From contig CAWJHK010000011.1 of the NCBI GenBank assembly GCA_963842695.1, forward strand, positions 52,952-116,951: 64,000 nt of DNA. Reading direction: 5' to 3'. Made by a program: the position numbers and the translations under genes. The DNA is from an uncultured Chloroflexia bacterium. Its GTDB lineage: Bacteria > Chloroflexota > Limnocylindria > Limnocylindrales > CSP1-4. The notes below the pieces were generated by a model. That model made no database searches and was not told the DNA's origin. It saw only the letters and a program-made list of their open reading frames with translations. Position 1 is the stretch's first letter. Every line of letters begins with the position of its first letter. Shown piece after piece: positions 10,428 through 20,857 of the stretch.

Positions 10428-12189
10428 TCAGTTCCGTGGTGCATGGCCATCATCGCCCTGCGGCCATGGCCGGCGAACACCGACATCCGGCGCCGAATCG
10501 GCATCGTCATGCGTCCATGCGTCAGCCCTCGAGCTCGGGCCTCTCGTGCACGGCATGCCATCGATGAACGTGGCGACGACGCGCGCGTCGCCGATCGCGC
10601 CGGACCCGCGGTCGAACAGGTCCCGGTCCAGGATGACGAGATCCGCCGACTTGCCGACCTCGATCGAGCCGACCTCGTCGTCGACGTGATTGACCCAGGC
10701 GGAGCCGAGCGTGAACGCGGTGAGCGCGTCGGTGAGGTCGATCCGCTGCTCGGGCAGGAACGGCTCCTTCTTGCCGCGGTGCTCGACGCTCACCCGGTTG
10801 ACCGCCACCTCCATCTGGGCCAGGGGATCGGCGGTCGAGACGCTCCAGTCCGAGCCCATCGCCAGCCGCGCCCCGGCCCGCACGAGCGATCCGAACGGGT
10901 ACATCCGCGCGACACGCTCGGCCCCCAGGAACGGGATGGTCAGCAGCTCGAGCTGATCCTCGAGGGCGGCCCAGTCGGCCTGGGCATTGGCCGCGACGCC
11001 GAGCTCCCGGAACCGCCCGAGTCGTCCGGGTGGATCAGCTGGATGTGGGCGATGTGGGGCCGCGTGTCGGTCGGACCGTTGACCCGCCGGGCGGCGGTCG
11101 ACCGCGTCGAGCGCCTCGCGCACCGCCCGGTCGCCGATCGCGTGGACGTGGGTCTGGAAGCCCAGCGCGTCGACCGCGGCCACGGACGCGCCCGAAGGCC
11201 TCCGGGTCGATCATGCTACGGCCCGTCTCGCCGTGATGCCGCCCTGCCCGTCGAGATACGGCTCGAGCAGCGTCCCGCTGAAGTTCTCCAGCACCCCGTC
11301 GGCGATGAACTTGACGCTCGTCGGGGCATAGCGCGGCGCGGTCGTCCGGCTCCGCCGCTCGATCGAGCTCCCCGATCTGGGCGTCGTCGCGCGTCTCGTC
11401 CCATCCAAGAGCCCCGACGACGCGGGCCGTCAGCTCGCCGCGGGCGGCCAGCGTCGGGTAAGCGACGTCCTCCATCGCGGGCCGGACGATGGGCGTCCTG
11501 CCATCCGGTGATGCCGAGGGCATGAAGCTCGGCCTGGGCGAGTCGCAACCCGGTGACCCGACCTCCGTCGGGGATCGTCGGGAGCAGGCCGGTGACGAGG
11601 TCGCAAGCCGCCCTCCTGGAGCGTGCCCGAGGGCTCGACCGTCGGTCTCGCGCTCGATGCGGCCGTCGAGCGGGTCAACGGTCCTCGCGGTGATCCCGGC
11701 CAGCTCGAGCGCGCGGCTGTTGACCCAGCCGCTGTGCCCGTCGCGGCTCTCGAGATAGACCGGCCGATCCGGCTCGATCCGATCGAGATCGTGCCGGGAC
11801 GGGATCCCGCGTGCGAAGTCGGCCATCGACCAGCCGCCACCGCGGATCCAGGACTCGTCGGGATGAGCGCCCGCGTAGAGCGGCGATCCGCTCGAGGTAG
11901 ACGTCCAGGCCCCGCAGCCGCGTCAGGTCGCAGCGAAGCATCTCCACCCCGGACGACACGGGATGGACGTGCGCATCGATGAACCCCGGCGTGACCGACC
12001 TGCCGCGGAGCTCGACGACCCGCGTCCGCGGTCCGATCCGCGCCGCGACATCGACATCCTCACCGACCGCCACGATCCGCCCGCTCGCGACGGCGATCGC
12101 CGATGCGCGCTCCGGGCCGGATCCATCGTCACGACGCGGCCGCCACGCAGGACCAGGTCGGCGGGACGGTCGGGGGATCCGGCGCTCAC
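10428..12189 (-). CDS. Amidohydro_3 (YtcJ-like) metal-dependent amidohydrolase, 3-4 frameshifts
   Basis: ADLVLRGGRVVTMD...; GRSVTPGFIDAHVHP; SVKFIADGVLENFSGTLLEPY; HVHAIGDRAVREALDA...; GSDWSV...; C-terminal VGKSADLVILDRDLFD. Confidence 0.7.
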
Positions 12190-12284
12190 CCGCCGAGGAT
12201 GCCAGCCCTGTCCACTGGCCGGCCCGGCATCCCGTCCGCCGCGACGGCCTGACCCGCCGTCGCGCGGCCGTCTAGCATCCGGCG

Positions 12285-12834
12285 GTGACCTCGGTCCATC
12301 TCCTCCACGCCGGCTATACCGGCGGGCACGTCGGCAGCACGCGTCGCGCTCGTTCGCGATGGCGACGCCCTGATCGTGGTCGACCCCGGGATGGTCGCGC
12401 GCCGCTCGCTGATCCTCGATCCGCTGGCCGAGCTCGGGGTCCGGCCCGAGGCGGTCACCCATGTCTTCCTGAGCCACCACCACCCCGACCACACGATGAA
12501 CTGCGCCCTCTTTCCGAACGCCGAGGTCGTCGACTTCTGGGCCCGCTACATCGACGACCTCTGGCTCGACCACGACGGCGACGGCCATCGCCTGGCACCG
12601 AACAGCGAGCTGTGGCTGACGCCCGGTCACAGCGAGGAGGACGCGACGCTCGTCGTCACGGCCGACGACGGCGTGTATGCCATGACCCACCTGTGGTGGC
12701 ACTCGGACCGGACGCCGGTCGTCGACCCGTTCGCGTCGGATCAGTCCGCTCTCGAGCGCGGCCGTGCGCGGGTCCTGGCCGTCGCCGATGTCGTCATCCC
12801 GGGCCACGGGGCTCCGTTCCGGGTCCGCGACTGA
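12285..12834 (+). CDS. MBL-fold metallo-hydrolase, one frameshift near 12345
   Basis: MTSVHLLHAGYTGGHVGST|VALVRDGDALIVVDPG...THVFLSHHHPDHTMNCALF...LTPGHSEEDATLVV...VIPGHGAPFRV. Confidence 0.6.
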
Positions 12835-12840
12835 CCTCGG

Positions 12841-14432
12841 TCAGGCGGGTCCGGGCGGCTCCGCGGTCGCCGGGGCAGGACCCACGGCCGGTCTCGTGCG
12901 TCGCTCGCGCAGACCCACCCACGACACGGCCGACCCGACGGCCAGCAGCACGGCACAGATGATCATCGCCAGGTGGAAGGCGTCCATCGACGCCGCGTTC
13001 GCGGCCGCGACCTGGTGGGTGGGGACCCCGGCGGGTGGCGGATTGAGCGGCTGGAAGGCGTGCCGGACGTCCGGGTCGCTCGTGTCGAGTCCGGTCGGCG
13101 GCCCCAGCGACGCGTAGTACGCGGCGCTGATCGCGATGAACACGAGCGCCCCGATGAGCGGCTGGCCGACCCGGGAGATCGAGTTGTTGATCGCCGACCC
13201 GAGCCCCGAGAACCGGCCGGGGACCGAGCCCATCAGCGTGCTCGTCAGCGGCGCGACGACGAACGAGATGCCCAGGCCGAACAGAAGCGTGTAGGGCAGG
13301 ACGTCGATGAACGCGTCGGTCGGCGGGACGAGCGACGACGGCCTGTCGATCGATGCCAGCCACGGATCGGAGTCGACCGGCAGGCGGGCGTACCAGAGAA
13401 GGGCCAGCGACATCAGGATCGGGCCGGTCACGAGGAACCGTCGCGCCCCGATCCGCCCGGCGACCGTGCCGATGCGCGTCGAGAGGAGCGTCAGCATGAT
13501 GCTGGTCGGGATGCCGATCAGCCCGGCCGCCATGGCCGTGTAGCCGAGCACACCCTGGAGCACGACCGCCGTGTAGAACTGGGTCACGTACAGCCCGCCG
13601 TAGATGAAGAACGTGGCGAGGTTGACCGTCGCGAACGCACGCGAGCGAAACAGGTCCAGCGGCACCAGGGGGTTCGGACGGCGGGCCATCAGGACCGGGA
13701 AGGCGATGAGGCAGACGGCACCGACGGCGATCGCGATCCACGCCCCGGGATCCGCCCAGGCGTTCGCCTGGCCACGGATGAGGCCGAACGCCAGCCCGCC
13801 GACGGCCAGAGCAGCGACGAACGCGCCCAGCCAGTCGAAGCGGCCGGTCGTCTCGGTGTCGCGGGATTCGGCGACGTGCCGGAGCGTCGCCCATACGGCG
13901 AAGGCGAGCAACGGGACGTTGATGAGGAACGCGAACCGCCAGCCGATGGTGTCGACCATCGTCCCGCCGACGACCGGTCCGAGGAGGATGAGGGCCGACG
14001 TCGACGCCGCCCAGATGCCGAACGCCCGCCCGCGCTCCGGGCCGTCGAAGGCGTGGGTGATGAGCGCCAGCGAGCCGGGGATCAGGAGCGCCCCGGCTGC
14101 GCCCTGGGCGAGCCGGAAGACGACCAGCCATTCCAGCGTGGGAGCCAGCCCGCAGAGGGCCGACGTCGCGGCGAACCCGACGAGCCCGATGACGTAGATC
14201 CGCCGCCGGCCGTAGTGGTCGGCCAGGGCCGCCGGACAGGATCAGCAGCGCGGCAAGGACTGCGAGATACCCGCCGACGACGTAGGCCTGGCCCTCGAGG
14301 ACGCCGATGAGCGACGCCGGCAGATCCTGGCCGATGTGCTTGAGCGCCGCGTTGACGATCGTCCCGTCAAGGAACACCGCGCCCGACCCCATCACGGTGC
14401 AGATGAGCGTCCAGCGCTGGCGCGAGGTCATA
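12841..14432 (-). CDS. MFS transporter, DHA2 (EmrB/QacA, 14-TM) family, frameshifted
   Basis: MTSRQRWTLICTVMGSGAVFLDGTIVNAALKHIGQDL... (N-terminus); C-terminal two-thirds intact in the 12841..13959 frame, with typical DHA2 TM pattern. Confidence 0.75.
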
Positions 14433-14460
14433 GCGCGGCAGTGTCGCATAGACTCCCGCC

Positions 14461-15171
14461 ATGCCCGGACCCGTGGCGCTCGTCGGCGCCGGAGAGTTCC
14501 TACCCGAGATGGCGGAATTCGACGCCGGCCTCCTCGCAGCGACCGGCCGCGCCCGGCCCCGAGTGGCGATCCTGCCCACCGCGTCCTTCCCGGACGGCGA
14601 GGAGGTCTTCACCCGCTGGGCGACGATGGGCGTGTCGCATTTCGGCGAGCTCGGCGCCGAGGTCGAGCCCGTGCTCGTCCGCGACCGGATGGGGGCCGAC
14701 GACCCGGCAGCGGCCCAGGCGATCGGCGAGGCGGATCTGGTCTACCTGTCGGGCGGCAAGCCCTCGTACCTGATCGGGGTGCTCGACGGCAGCGCGGTGG
14801 GCCAGGCACTCGTGGACGCCCACCACCGCGGTGCCGTCCTGGCGGGCTGCTCGGCCGGCGCGATGGTCCTCGCCGGTCATGCCTTCGACTTCCGGGTCCG
14901 GATCGCTCCCTGGCCGCTGCGCTGGCGGTCGGGCCTCGGGTTCGTCGCGGGCGCCTCGGTCATCCCGCACTACGATGCATGGCCGGAGCCTCTGTCGGCG
15001 CTCATCGCCCTCCAGGCGCCGCGCGGGTCGCACGTGCTCGGCATCGACGAGGAGACGGCCGTCGTCGGGCGCGACGGGTCGTGGCAGGTCCACGGCCGCT
15101 CGCGGGTGACGGTCTGGCGCGGGCGACGACGCGACCGCTATCGCGCCGGCGAGATCTTCCGGATCGACTGA
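14461..15171 (+). CDS. S51 peptidase family protein (peptidase E / cyanophycinase-like, type-1 glutamine amidotransferase fold)
   Basis: Intact 236 aa; RVAILPTASFPDGEEVF..., DLVYLSGGKPSYL and AGCSAGAMVL (Ser nucleophile motif). Confidence 0.7.
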   Translation: MPGPVALVGAGEFLPEMAEFDAGLLAATGRARPRVAILPTASFPDGEEVFTRWATMGVSHFGELGAEVEPVLVRDRMGADDPAAAQAIGEADLVYLSGGKPSYLIGVLDGSAVGQALVDAHHRGAVLAGCSAGAMVLAGHAFDFRVRIAPWPLRWRSGLGFVAGASVIPHYDAWPEPLSALIALQAPRGSHVLGIDEETAVVGRDGSWQVHGRSRVTVWRGRRRDRYRAGEIFRID

Positions 15172-15179
15172 ATCTGAAC

Positions 15180-15200
15180 GGCGCCCCGGATGGGGGCGCC
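15180..15200. terminator. bidirectional GC hairpin GGCGCCCC-loop-GGGGCGCC between convergent genes
   Basis: Perfect 8-bp stem in the 55-bp gap between the S51 gene end and the zinc-ribbon gene end. Confidence 0.45.
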
Positions 15201-15226
15201 GTGGATGAGTGCGTCTGGTCGCGCGA

Positions 15227-15566
15227 TCAGTCGGGGCGGACGGTCCGGAAGCAGTCCGAGCAGTAGACCGGGCGGTCCATCCGCGGCTTGAACGGGACCT
15301 GGGCCTGGCCGCCGCACGACGAGCAGATCACCGCGAAGTACTCGCGCATCGGCCGGTCGTCACCGCGCTCGTAGCCGCGCGGGCCACCGATGTCGCGGGC
15401 GTCATAGCCACTGTCGCGGCTCGCGCGTCGGCTGGCGCGGCAGCTCGAGCAGCGCTTCGGGTCACTGACGAACCCCTTCTGCTGGTAATACTCCTGGTCG
15501 GCAGCGGAATGGATGAATTCCACCCCACAATCGACACAGCTCAGGGTTCGATCTAGGTAGGTCACG
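15227..15566 (-). CDS. double zinc-ribbon protein (two CxxC...CxxC modules), 112 aa
   Basis: The best start is a GTG with GGAGGA 6 nt upstream, not the upstream ATG in the track (which is preceded by CCTCCTCC, an anti-SD-like sequence). Repeat 1 CVDCGVEF...KRCSSC; repeat 2 CSSCGG...VYCSDC. Confidence 0.6.
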
Positions 15567-15814
15567 AGTGCTCCTCCGGGATGCGTAATCGCTGTCGAGT
15601 GCGCCTCGTGGGGCGACCGCATCGAAGGTCGGAGGAGGGTGCGAGACTGGCGCTAGCGGCCGGGACGCATTCCACGATTCACGATGTCGGCTCCCCGGCC
15701 AGGGCGCACCGGTTCAGTGGCTGGAGCATACAACGGGTCTCGGAATCCGTCCGGCGCCGAGGTTCCACGCACGGAGTCGGCCATCCGACACTGTCTTTCC
15801 GGTGGCTGGCGACC

Positions 15815-15833
15815 GTGACAACGAACCTGTCAC
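15815..15833. promoter_or_regulatory. inverted repeat GTGACA-N7-TGTCAC upstream of the sbcD-like gene
   Basis: Perfect 6-bp arms about 160 bp upstream of the sbcD start, in a 367-bp intergenic region. Confidence 0.25.
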
Positions 15834-15989
15834 AATGGCGCCCGATCATCGGAGTCGGCGAGCGGGGAGTCATGGGGGCGCCTCGCTCGCGCCATGCCGG
15901 GGCCATCACCGTCGAGCCCGGTCGTGGGCGATCCGTGGCTGACTCCGTCCGTCCAGGCGCGTCCGAGAGGGGAGGTCAGCAGCAGCGCG

Positions 15990-17192
15990 ATGCTCAGGAT
16001 CATCCACACCGCGGACGTCCATCTCGGCGCACGGCACGACGATCTCGGCGAGCAGGCCGCTGCCCAGCGTGAGCGGCAGTTCGGCGCGTTCAAGGCAGCC
16101 GTCGATCTGGCGCTGGCCGAGAAGGTCGACCTGTTCCTGGTGGCCGGCGACCTCTTCGATTCGAACGTCCAGCCGCGGCGCTCGGTCGAGCGGGTGGCGG
16201 CCGAGCTCAGGCGCCTGGCCGACGCCCGGATCCGCTCGGTGCTCATCCCGGGCACGCACGACTGCTACGACCGTGCGTCGGTCTACCGTGCCTACGACCT
16301 GGCGGCGATGGCCGGCAGCGCGGCGGGCGACGAGATGGTCACGGTCCTCGATCCCGATCACCCGTCGATCCACCTGACGGCGCTCGACGCTGTCGTGCAT
16401 GGCCGGGTCTTCGCCACCAAGCGAGCGCCGTACAGCCCGTTGCGCGACCCGGTCGGGGCCGGTGGCGGGGCTGCTGGCGTGGCGCCGGCGGTCGGCCTGA
16501 CCCACGCGGCCACCTGGCACATCGGCATGGTCCACGGCTCGATCGCGATCCCGGGCAAGACCGAGGGCGACGAGGTCGTCATCACGACCGCCGAGATCGC
16601 CGCCAGCGGGCTCGACTACCTGGCCCTTGGGCACTGGCACTCGGCCCAGAGCGCGAAGGCCGGTTCGGTGACCTACGCGTATGCCGGCGCGCCGGAGGCC
16701 GTCGCCCTCGATCAGGATCGTGCCGGCAAGGTCCTCCTCGTCCAGCTCGACGACCAGGCCGGCCGGCGCGTCGTCAGCGTCGAGGAGCGGCCGGTCGGTC
16801 GGACGCGGTTCGACAAGGTCGAGATCGACGCGGCGACGGTGAACGGCCAGCCGGCCCTGGTCGGGCTTCTCGCGACGCGCGCCGACCCGGACCTCGTCCT
16901 CGACGTCCGGCTGGTCGGCGTCCGTCGTGACGACCTCGACCTCGACACCGCCGAGATCGAAGCGGCGCTCGCGCCGTCGTTCCTCAAGGTGCGGGTCCGC
17001 GATGTCTCCATGCCCGCCCTGACCGAGGGTCCGTTGCCGTCGTCCGACACGATCGCGGGCGCCTTCATCCGCGACCTCGAGGCACGGATCGCCGCGCTCG
17101 AGGCGGCCGGCTCGACCGCCGAGGCCGCCGAGCAGCGGGACGCCCTCCGCCTCGGCCGACTTCTGCTCGGTGGCCACGAGGTCTCCCTGTGA
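15990..17192 (+). CDS. sbcD: SbcD/Mre11-family DNA repair exonuclease (metallophosphoesterase)
   Basis: MLRIIHTADVHLGARHDD...LFLVAGDLFD...LIPGTHDC... (phosphoesterase motifs). Stop overlaps the next gene's start (GTGA). Confidence 0.8.
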   Translation: MLRIIHTADVHLGARHDDLGEQAAAQRERQFGAFKAAVDLALAEKVDLFLVAGDLFDSNVQPRRSVERVAAELRRLADARIRSVLIPGTHDCYDRASVYRAYDLAAMAGSAAGDEMVTVLDPDHPSIHLTALDAVVHGRVFATKRAPYSPLRDPVGAGGGAAGVAPAVGLTHAATWHIGMVHGSIAIPGKTEGDEVVITTAEIAASGLDYLALGHWHSAQSAKAGSVTYAYAGAPEAVALDQDRAGKVLLVQLDDQAGRRVVSVEERPVGRTRFDKVEIDAATVNGQPALVGLLATRADPDLVLDVRLVGVRRDDLDLDTAEIEAALAPSFLKVRVRDVSMPALTEGPLPSSDTIAGAFIRDLEARIAALEAAGSTAEAAEQRDALRLGRLLLGGHEVSL

Positions 17193-19330
17193 GGCTTCGC
17201 AAGCTCAGCGGCAACGACTTCCGCCGCTATCGCACGTTCGATGTCGATTTCGCACCGGGACTGACCGTGATCCGCGGGCCGAACGAGTCCGGCAAGACGA
17301 CCCTGCAGCGCGCGCTCGAGCTGGCGCTGACCCGCCGTGCCACGAGCACCGCCGGCGAGCTCGAGGCGCTCCGGCCGTGGGGTGCGCCACCCGAGGCGCG
17401 CTCGGTCATCACCGTCGTGTTCGAGCAGGACGAGGAGGACGGCCAGAAGGTCGGGACGCTCGAGAAGACGTTCGCCGGCTCGCGCGGCACGGTCCTCCTC
17501 GACTACGACGGCCAGTCGATCTCCGACCCGACGCTCGCGGACCAGGTGATGGTCGAGCTCACCGGGATCCCGACCGAGGGGTTCTTCCGGTCCACGGCGT
17601 CGATCCGCCATTTCGAGCTGAGCGACCTGTCGCGCGACGAGGGCGCATTGCGGGATCGGCTCCAGGCGTCGATCAGCGGCGCCGACCGCGGCACCAGCCG
17701 GGCACGACGCAAGCTCGACCGGGCGCTTCACGACCTGACGACCCGCGGCGATCGCAACCCGGGCCGCCTCAAGGTCGCCGAGCAGGCCGTCGAGCAGGCC
17801 CAGATCGCCGTTGAACAGGGCGAGCTCGCCCTGGCCCAGCTCGAACGTGACCGCGACACGCTGTCGACGGCGAGGGAGCGGCGGGCGACCGCGGAAGCCG
17901 CGCTGGCCGAACGGCGAAGCATGCTCGACAAGGCGCGACAGGCAGAGCGGATCACCGCCGAGCGCACGGTCGCGGCCGAACGCTTCGACCGCTATCGCGA
18001 GGCGGTCGAGATCAGCAGCCAGCTCGTCGGACTGGCGGACACGCATCCGTCCCCGAACCCGTTGCCCGTGCTGCGGACAGCGGTCGAGCGACTGCGGACG
18101 CTCGACGGCCGGATCCGCGAGCTGAAGGCGGCCCTGTCGGGCGAAGTCGCCGTCGAGTTCGACGTCGCTCCGGAGCCGACGTGGCGCCCGTTGTCGAGGG
18201 TGTCCATCGCCCTCGTCGTGATCGGCATCCTGATTGCCGCCGGGCCGGTCCTCCTCAAGGGCCTCGGCATCGCCGACCCCGGCTTCGCGGTCCAGGCCAT
18301 CGGCGGGATCGTGGCGATCATCGGGCTGGCCCTTGCGGCCGTTGCGCTCTGGCTGCGGCGCAGCGCCAGGCTGCAGGCCCAGCTGCGAGACGTGGAGATC
18401 GATCGCCGGCTCCGCGGCCGGTCCGACATGGAGGCCGAGCTCAAGGACGCGGAGGCCCGCGTTGCGTCGCAGCTGGCGGCGCTCGGGTTGCCGGGGATCG
18501 CCGACGCCGAGGAGCTGATGACCCGCGAAGAGAACCATGTCGCGCAGATCGAGCGGCTGACCGCGCAGCTGGAGGGCCTCGTCGGCAAGGATCCTCCCGG
18601 CGACCTGCAGACGGTCCGGGACGAGGCCGCCCTCGAGATCTCGCAGAAGACCAGCGCCCTCGAGGCGCTCGGACCCATCGCCAAGGAACCACGGGCACGC
18701 GAGCGACTCGAGGTCGAGGTCCGCGATCAGGAGACCGCGCTCGAGCACGCTCGCGATGACGAGGCCAACGCTCGCGCCCGGGTCGAGGCCAACGCGGTCG
18801 ATGCCGAGCAGGTCGCCGGACAGGCCGAGCGCCTGGCTGCGTGGCGCGAGCAGCTGGCCGCCCTGCAGCGCCGGCAGCGCGTCTTCGCGGCCACGCTGGA
18901 AGCGATCGATCGCGCCGAGCAGGCGACGATGAAGACCGCGACCCGGTACCTCGAGGAGCACATGGTCCGCGACCTTGCCGAGGCGACAGGTGGTCGCTAT
19001 CGCCGGGTCCGGGTCGACGATCGAACCCTCGACATCGAGGTCCATGCTCCAGAGAAGGACGACTGGGTCCCGGTCTCCTCGCTCAGCCAGGGCACCGTCG
19101 ACCTCGTCTATCTCATCGCCCGGCTCGGGCTCGTCCGGCTGGTGACCGGCGATCGGCGGCCGCCGCTGATCTTCGACGACCCGTTCGTCACGCTCGATGA
19201 CACGCGGGCGACGAACGCCGTCGCCCTGCTGCGGAAGATCGCTGCCGACTTCCAGGTCATCTACCTGACGACGTCTCCCCGCTACGACGCGAGCGCCGAC
19301 GCCGTCGTCCTGCTGGACGGCCCCACGGTC
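17189..19330 (+). CDS. sbcC: SbcC/YhaN-like AAA ATPase with central TM hairpin and coiled coils; 3' end uncertain because the ORF reads through
   Basis: Walker A GPNESGKTTLQRALELAL; central TM hairpin VSIALVVIGILIAAGPVLLKGLGIADPGFAVQAIGGIVAIIGLALAAVALWL; C-terminal LIFDDPFVTLDD (Walker B / D-loop). No stop before the EamA domain. Confidence 0.75.
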
Positions 19331-19356
19331 GTCGACGGCGGGGAGCCGGCGGTCGT

Positions 19357-20320
19357 GTCCGAGCGGCCTGCCGTTGGCTCGGCTGCGGCGTCGGCGGCGG
19401 CGGTCGAGGCCCACGCCCCTGCCCCGGCCGCGGCCTCGTGCGGGGCCGCGCGCCTGATCGACCTCGGGGGGCCGGCGACGGCGACCGTCGTCTTCGGCCT
19501 GGCGTCGGCGGTGGCGTGGGGGTTCGGGGACTTCGGCGGTGGACTCCTGACCCGTCGGACGGCGCTGTTCGGGGTCGTCCTCGTGTCGCAGCTCGTCGGG
19601 ATGGGGCTGGCGGTCGTCCTGACCCTGCTTCGCGGCGAGACCACGCCGTCCCCCCTCGACCTCGGCTGGAGCGTCCTCGGCGGCGTCGCCGGCGCGACCG
19701 GGATCAGCGCCCTCTACCAGGCCCTTGCGGTCGGGCGCATGGGGATCGTCGCGCCGGTCACCGGTGTCATCGCGGCGATCATCCCGGTGGGGGCCGGGAT
19801 CGTGCTCGAGGGCGTGCCGCCGCCGCTCGTGCTGGCCGGGATCCTGCTCGCGATCGTTGCCGTCGTCCTCGTCTCGCGCAGCGACAGCGGAGACGGCGGC
19901 CGCTCGGGTCTCGGCCTTGCGCTGCTGGCCGGGCTGGGCATCGGCGCCCTGAGCGTCTGCATCTCGCAGATCAGCGACGGCCACGTGTTCGGTCCGCTGG
20001 TCGTGATCCGGGCGACCCAGGCGGTCTTCATCGTCGGCGTCATCCTCCTGACCCGGTCGGCCTGGCGCGTCGAACGATCGCTCCTGCCGGCGACGGCGGC
20101 GGTCGGCGTCCTCGATATGGCAGGCAACGGGATGTTCATCCTTGCCGTCCAGTCGGGTGCCCTTGCGGTCGCCGCGGTCCTGTCCTCGCTCTACCCGGTG
20201 ACCACGGTGATCCTGGCGACGGTCGTGCTCCGCGAGCGGATCACCCGGTCGCACGCGGTCGGGATCGTGCTCGCGGCGGTCGCCGTCGCCGCCATCGCGG
20301 CAGGATCAGCCGCGGGGTAG
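19357..20320 (+). CDS. EamA/DMT-family transporter; in frame with the upstream sbcC-like ORF, start uncertain
   Basis: Ten predicted TM helices of EamA type: ...TVVFGLASAVAWGFGDFGGGLL..., ...LYPVTTVILATVVLRERI.... The only in-frame start candidate is a GTG at 19357. Confidence 0.55.
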
Positions 20321-20857
20321 GCGACGGATCCTCACGAGGTCGACCTCGGAGGCGTCGCGCAGGATCACGACGTCCGCGAACCCATCGCGCGCGATCGCGG
20401 GCTCCGGATCATCCAGCTGGAGCCGCAACCGTGCAAGGTGACGCACGACCACCTCCGCTCCGACCGTTCGCTCGCGGCGTGCGGCGCTCCGGGCGAGCAC
20501 GAGCTCGGGCGGCAGGTCGAGGACGATCGCGATCGCCGGGACGCCGGCGGCGGCGGATCGCTGGACCAGGGCGCGACGTGCCGCCGCCTCGATGCTGGTC
20601 GCGTCGACGACCGTCAGCAAGCCTGCCGCGAGCCGCCGGCTCAGCTCCCGGTGGAGACGACCGAACGCCGGGCGCGTCGCCCGCTGGTCCGCCGCGTCGC
20701 CCGCGATCAGCTCGCGGAGCCGATCCGACGACAGGATCTCGTCGGCGGCGAAGTGACGCGCCGCGAACGTCGACTTGCCCGACCCGGCTGCTCCGACCAT
20801 CACGACCAGGCTCGGGTCGGGGACGACGATCTCGGGCACGAGGGCATCATGAGGCAC
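20306..20857 (-). CDS. P-loop NTPase/kinase (AAA_33 / zeta-toxin / PNK-like fold)
   Basis: Intact 183 aa; Walker A VVMVGAAGSGKSTFA; Walker B LLTVVDAT. Confidence 0.65.
   Translation of the reverse strand: MPHDALVPEIVVPDPSLVVMVGAAGSGKSTFAARHFAADEILSSDRLRELIAGDAADQRATRPAFGRLHRELSRRLAAGLLTVVDATSIEAAARRALVQRSAAAGVPAIAIVLDLPPELVLARSAARRERTVGAEVVVRHLARLRLQLDDPEPAIARDGFADVVILRDASEVDLVRIRRLPRG

Noticed and set aside
10179-11525. 448-aa plus-strand ORF
   Set aside because: Antisense to the Amidohydro_3 gene; composition-driven open frame.
12973-14310. 445-aa plus-strand ORF
   Set aside because: Antisense to the DHA2 MFS gene; R/D/E/G-rich junk.
15541-15575. GGTTCGATC string resembling a tRNA T-loop
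   Set aside because: No complementary T-stem or cloverleaf; it lies inside the zinc-ribbon CDS.
15800-15840. LexA/SOS box upstream of sbcD
   Set aside because: GTGACA-N7-TGTCAC does not match the GAAC-N4-GTTC / TCGAAC-N4-GTTCGA actinobacterial SOS consensus.
16712-20254. 1180-aa minus-strand ORF antisense to sbcC/EamA
   Set aside because: Low-complexity R/D/G/P-rich translation with no homology; antisense to a well-supported gene.
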